A program made the position numbers and the translations under genes. A stretch of DNA of 64,000 nucleotides, from contig OZ237756.1 of the NCBI GenBank assembly GCA_965178125.1, positions 1 through 64,000 on the forward strand, in the 5' to 3' direction. Of this stretch, positions 59,833-64,000 are shown in pieces. Under the pieces are notes generated by a model. The model was not told the origin of the DNA, did not search any database, and saw only the letters and a program-made list of their open reading frames with translations. Each line of letters begins with the position of its first letter. Positions within the stretch are counted from its first letter, which is position 1. The DNA is from Bilabrum cf. latius (lineage: Eukaryota).

Positions 59833-62800
59833 TCACTCGTCCTCTAGTTCGTCTTCAGTCCCATCATCTAGATCATCGTCGCCATCATCCAGATCGTTGA
59901 AGTCATCTGCCACCAGCGGATCGACTTGGCCTTCCCCCGTCGATTCCATTTCGGCAAGGTCTGCGCCCCTCGCACGGCCGTGGCCACCCACACCCACCCT
60001 GATTCCTAGCTCCTGCTCGACCCCGTACTCCTCCACTTCCCCCCAGGGCTTGTTGTCCTTCTAACCAGCACCATCCGGTGCACCACTCGCCGCCGTCGAG
60101 TCCTGTCCCCGGCCCGCCTCTGCCTCGCTGGCAGCCGCCTCAGCCTCTGCCTCTGCCCGGGGCCATAGCCCCGCCCCCCTCAGGACGCCCTCGCCTTCCC
60201 CAGACAGCACCAGCCCCAAGATCCCGTCACTGGGGGGCCCAACGGACCCCACCTCGGGGAGCAGCGGACGCACAGCCGCCCGCACATCCGCTGGTCCAGG
60301 GGCGACGGGGAACTCCCTCTCCGGTGCCGGCCGGTAGCACGCACAGCAGGCCCCCAGCCATCGGGCGCTCACCACGCGCGTACTTGCAGAGCGCACCGCA
60401 GAGAGTGCCTTGCTCGTGCCGGGGCGACCCACTGCCACGTGAGTCATGAGGTGGAACGGATTGGGGGCATGCACATGACCTGAAGCAGCAGGGACTGCAG
60501 GAGCAGACCCAGCTACCCCCACCTCGCTACTGCCCTAGCCCTTGCTCTTGTCTTTCCTCTCGGCTTCAGCGTGATCTTGCCCCTATCCTTGCTATGGGCT
60601 CTACCCTCCTTGGAGGTTGACCAATACCGGAACCCCGTCCTGCTGCTGTACTGTGAATCCCTTGGGCAGCGAAGGCACAGGCAGGGTGTAGGGACATGGG
60701 GTGCCCGGCAGCTGACTCATCCCTGCACCGGTCGATGCTGCTGCTGCATCTGCATCTGCAGCTGCAGGTGCCGGCACAGTGCCTGTGAGCATGGGGGGGG
60801 CTGGTGCTCGCAGGACCCTTGCCCCCATGGTGGAGAGGTGCTTGGCCAGGGGGTCGTGCAAGGGATCCACGCCCAGAGGGAATACGCCGGTGGTTGCAAC
60901 CACCACGCCTCGCATGGCGACTCGGAGTCGCAGGGGCAGCAGCAGCTTGGTGTCCCGCCACACGTCTGGCACTGCTCGCGGCATCGCGGCTGCGGTTGCT
61001 GCTGGCTCTGGCGCATCGGCCGGCGGGGAGTCGTCGTGGCCTGACACTGATCCAGCCGTGGATGCGATCGAGGAGGAGGAGGATGATGACGACGACGAGG
61101 CACCCCCTTCACTACGACGAGTGCTGCTGGTGCCGTCGCCGTGCAGTGCAACAGATGATGCGGGCAGCGTCCGTACAACATGCCTGTGCCCCTGCCCCTG
61201 CCCTTGCCCCTGCTTATCCAGCCCTGGTTCCACCCACACGTGCTGATGCCAGGCAAGAAACGAGACCCACTCGGGAGCCCGAAGCACCGTGGGGCACAGC
61301 TCAGCCGACACGTCCAGGCTAGATCCACCAGCCCAGGCCGCCGGCTGTTTTCCTCCTGGTGCCTCCGTCCAGCGCCATGGGGTGGACCCTGCCTTGGATC
61401 GAGCGAGAGCGAGCACAGCCTCTCTAGTGACTGGCCCTGCGGCGCCGTGCGACCCGCCTGCCCCACTGGAAGAGGCGGCTGCCTGTCGGAACTGCTTGGT
61501 CTGGAGGTCCTGTGGCCCATCGATACTAGTCGGTGCAGATGGGGGCGATGCAGGTGCAGGCACCGGCGCAGGCGCGGGTCTCGCTCTCTTGCGGCGGATG
61601 AGAGAGGACCCCGTGCCCTTGGCGCCACCCGGGGATTGGGAACCGATGCTGCTCCCGCTTGGGCTTGATACACTGGTACTGGCACTGGTGCTGCTGGTGC
61701 TGGCTTTAGCTGCGACATCTGAATCGCTCGACAGTGTACTGGGTCTGCTGGCATCGTGCGTTTCCTACTGACTCGCTGTAGCACTTAGCATGGATTCCGT
61801 TGGAGGCCCGTCGCTCGCCATGCTGGACTCTGCGCGCTAGTCCACCCGTCTTCTCTTGGAAGCGGGCGCTTCCTGATCCACCGCACTGAGTGGGCCTGTC
61901 GATTGCCCTTGTCCTTCCTGATCCACCGCACTGAGTGGGCCTGTCGATTGCCCTTGTCCTTGCCCTGCCCCAGCTGCCTCAACCACGTTGCCCCCAATGC
62001 ACGTGTCAAGAAAGCCGCGGCTCGGCAGCCCGCCCCTCCACTCCCAGCATACCTCCCCCCGCTACTGAAGGGCGCCGACTTCGCGCGGACTGCCATGCCA
62101 GGCCTCGTCATCCCCCACGGGCAAAGGCAGGGACCCGGGTGCAAACCGCATGGCCCGTGCTACACCCAGCGATGCACCTGCACTGGCACCCGCACCCATG
62201 CTCTGCTCAGCAGGCAGCAGCACCTCCTGCCCCGGCTTAGACAGTCCGTAGTAGGCAGCGTGCACGTCCTCCAACACGTCGAGAGCATCTGCTAGAGCCA
62301 GCCTGGGCTCCTCTTGCACGTCCACGCTGCCCGCTCCCGCTCCCGCTCCCGGTCCTCTGGGGGCACCTCCCGCGGCGAAGGCCTGCTGCCCGGGGGCGTT
62401 GTTCACGTCCCTGAACCCCCGGAAGAACACGTACCTGGCGATGACTAGGAGGTTCCGCGCCCCTCCCCACACCGCCTCCGTGTCGTCGAGGATGACCGTC
62501 ATGGAATCGTCCTGGCGGTGCGAGTGCAGCCAGGCCTGGCTCTTGCTGCTGCCGTCCCCGCCCTCGTTGTCCGACCGAGATATGATGCGGTGCCCGAACA
62601 GCTTCCTCTCTGGGTCGAGCAGCCGCGCGATCGCGTCCGCGTAATCCCTCGTGCCCGCCGTGTTGATGCCCAGCTCGAAGCGGCGGGAGGCGCGCCGCAG
62701 GAAGGCCCGCACGCCCGGCCGCAGCTTCACGAAGTACGTGCCCCCACCGAACTGAACTATGTGCACGGGGCACCGAGGCACGCCCAGCGCCCTCGGGTCT

Positions 62801-63759
62801 GCAGTGGCGTGCAGCAGCGTGTGGTCGATGTCCAGCACGAGCCTGAGCTTGCGGCGGGCCCTCAGCCGCTGGCTCGCCGCCTCATCGGAGGCCCGCGCCA
62901 CGCGAGAGGAAAGAACAAGTTCATGGCCTCCTCTGGCCCGCAGCTTGAGCGTGCCTGCGGCCCCGCGCTGGCCCGCTCCACTTGCCCCAGCGGTTGCTGA
63001 TGCTTCTCGCGTACGTGCCGGTGCTCCTCCAGCCGCTTCCAGGGCCCGCTGCAGCGCATCAGCCGTTTCCAGCCGATCCCAGGGGTCTTTGCCAACTTCA
63101 TTCAAAGGACAACTGCGATGATGCCACCGGGATTCGTGCAGGCGCCAAATCGGGCCCCAATCGCGTGATTTGCTGGCAGCCGTTGACAGCGACCGCAGCT
63201 CGGGTTCGCTCGCATTTCTCCGAGTTGCCAAGTCCCAGGTCGTTAGCTCCTAAAGCTGAACCGCGGAATCTCTTACTAAATGAAATGTTCCCGGTGATGG
63301 TAGCTCGGAATCTACTTTACGGAGAGCCGCCATGTTCTAGCCGCACGATACGCATGCTCCCTTGAACTCACCGGGGTGAGAACACTCGGCTACCACAGCT
63401 AACCGTATGAATGCACCCATATTTTCATGCACTCCGGGCCTGTTTGATACTATGGGCACCCATGCCGGGCACTTCAATGGGACGCATGCTTTGGACTCGG
63501 GCACGAGCCAGGCAAGCAGCATGCCATCGACCGGGCTTCGAACCACAACCTTGTGTACTTCGCTATCAGGGGCGCTAGATGATGCCGCAGCCGCACTTGG
63601 GGAGGCTAGTGGCTACATCCACTTGATCTTGGCAAGGATATCGCCCCGCTTGACGACATCTTGCTGCTGTTTGATGGCCTTTACGTGGACGACTGGATCA
63701 GTGCTGCCGTGAGACACCTGCCGAAATCCGGCGCACACAACAGACACTATGTCATCCAT
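59833..63759 (-). CDS. FCP1: RNA polymerase II CTD phosphatase FCP1/CTDP1-like (~1308 aa)
   Basis: Motifs CSHPGEFKGACVSCG[TAG], LRLVLDIDHTLLH (DxDxT), VKLRPGV, LFGHRIISR and ILDDTEAVW. BRCT-like MRGVVVATTGVFP...THVAVGRPGTSK..VVSARWL. Eleven TAGs; TGA stop. Confidence 0.9.
61871..61960. repeat. Exact 45-bp tandem duplication within the FCP1 linker
   Basis: TCCTGATCCACCGCACTGAGTGGGCCTGTCGATTGCCCTTGTCCT x2, frame-preserving. Confidence 0.92.
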
Positions 63760-64000
63760 GCACGAAGATGTAATATATATGAAAACAAAATAGGAAACAG
63801 GATGATTCGAATGTACGGCCAGAGTGCGGTAGGAAAGCCTTAAAAAGCTCCGACGGTGTGACCGTAAATTGCACTGCACTGCCACGCCGCGACTCGCCGC
63901 AAAGCATACGCGTCCTGCACCACAACAACAATCAACGACTAGCATGGCCAGCGAATCCAAATCAACTGAAACAGAAGACCGACCCGCACTCTCCGGTTTG

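Noticed and set aside
5895-63759. Pseudogene cluster or mutational decay as the cause of the internal stops
   Set aside because: Only TAG occurs, never TAA/TGA or frameshifts. The genes are essential and their motifs are intact. Random C-to-T decay would also produce TAA (from CAA) and TGA (from CGA).
1-64000. Suppressor tRNA-Gln(CUA) or eRF1 gene in the window
   Set aside because: None recognised by eye. The decoding machinery must be sought elsewhere in the genome.

Overview
GC-rich, very gene-dense eukaryotic (protist-like) nuclear DNA with short GT-AG introns and TTAGGG-type telomere repeats. Main result: the window does not use the standard genetic code. By hand count about 100 in-frame TAG codons interrupt 22 of the 26 gene models, including essential genes (MTR4, GET3, DBP7, PUF6, FCP1). 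Many fall on conserved Gln positions or inside Gly-Gln repeats. I found no in-frame TAA or TGA in the frames I traced, and all genes end in TGA (22) or TAA (4). This points to a nuclear code with UAG=Gln while UAA and UGA remain stops, a rare uncoupling of UAG from UAA. The supplied ORF track therefore fragments most genes, and I rebuilt them with TAG read as Gln. Second result: about 2.8-5.8 kb is an interstitial telomere structure. It contains a 364-bp unit followed by (TAACCC)44, a 5'-truncated second copy followed by (TAACCC)88, and then a 57-bp minisatellite. This resembles telomere-primed retroelement-type additions to a former chromosome end, or an assembly join. Gene identities come from recognising motifs by eye, and some start codons and exon borders are provisional.
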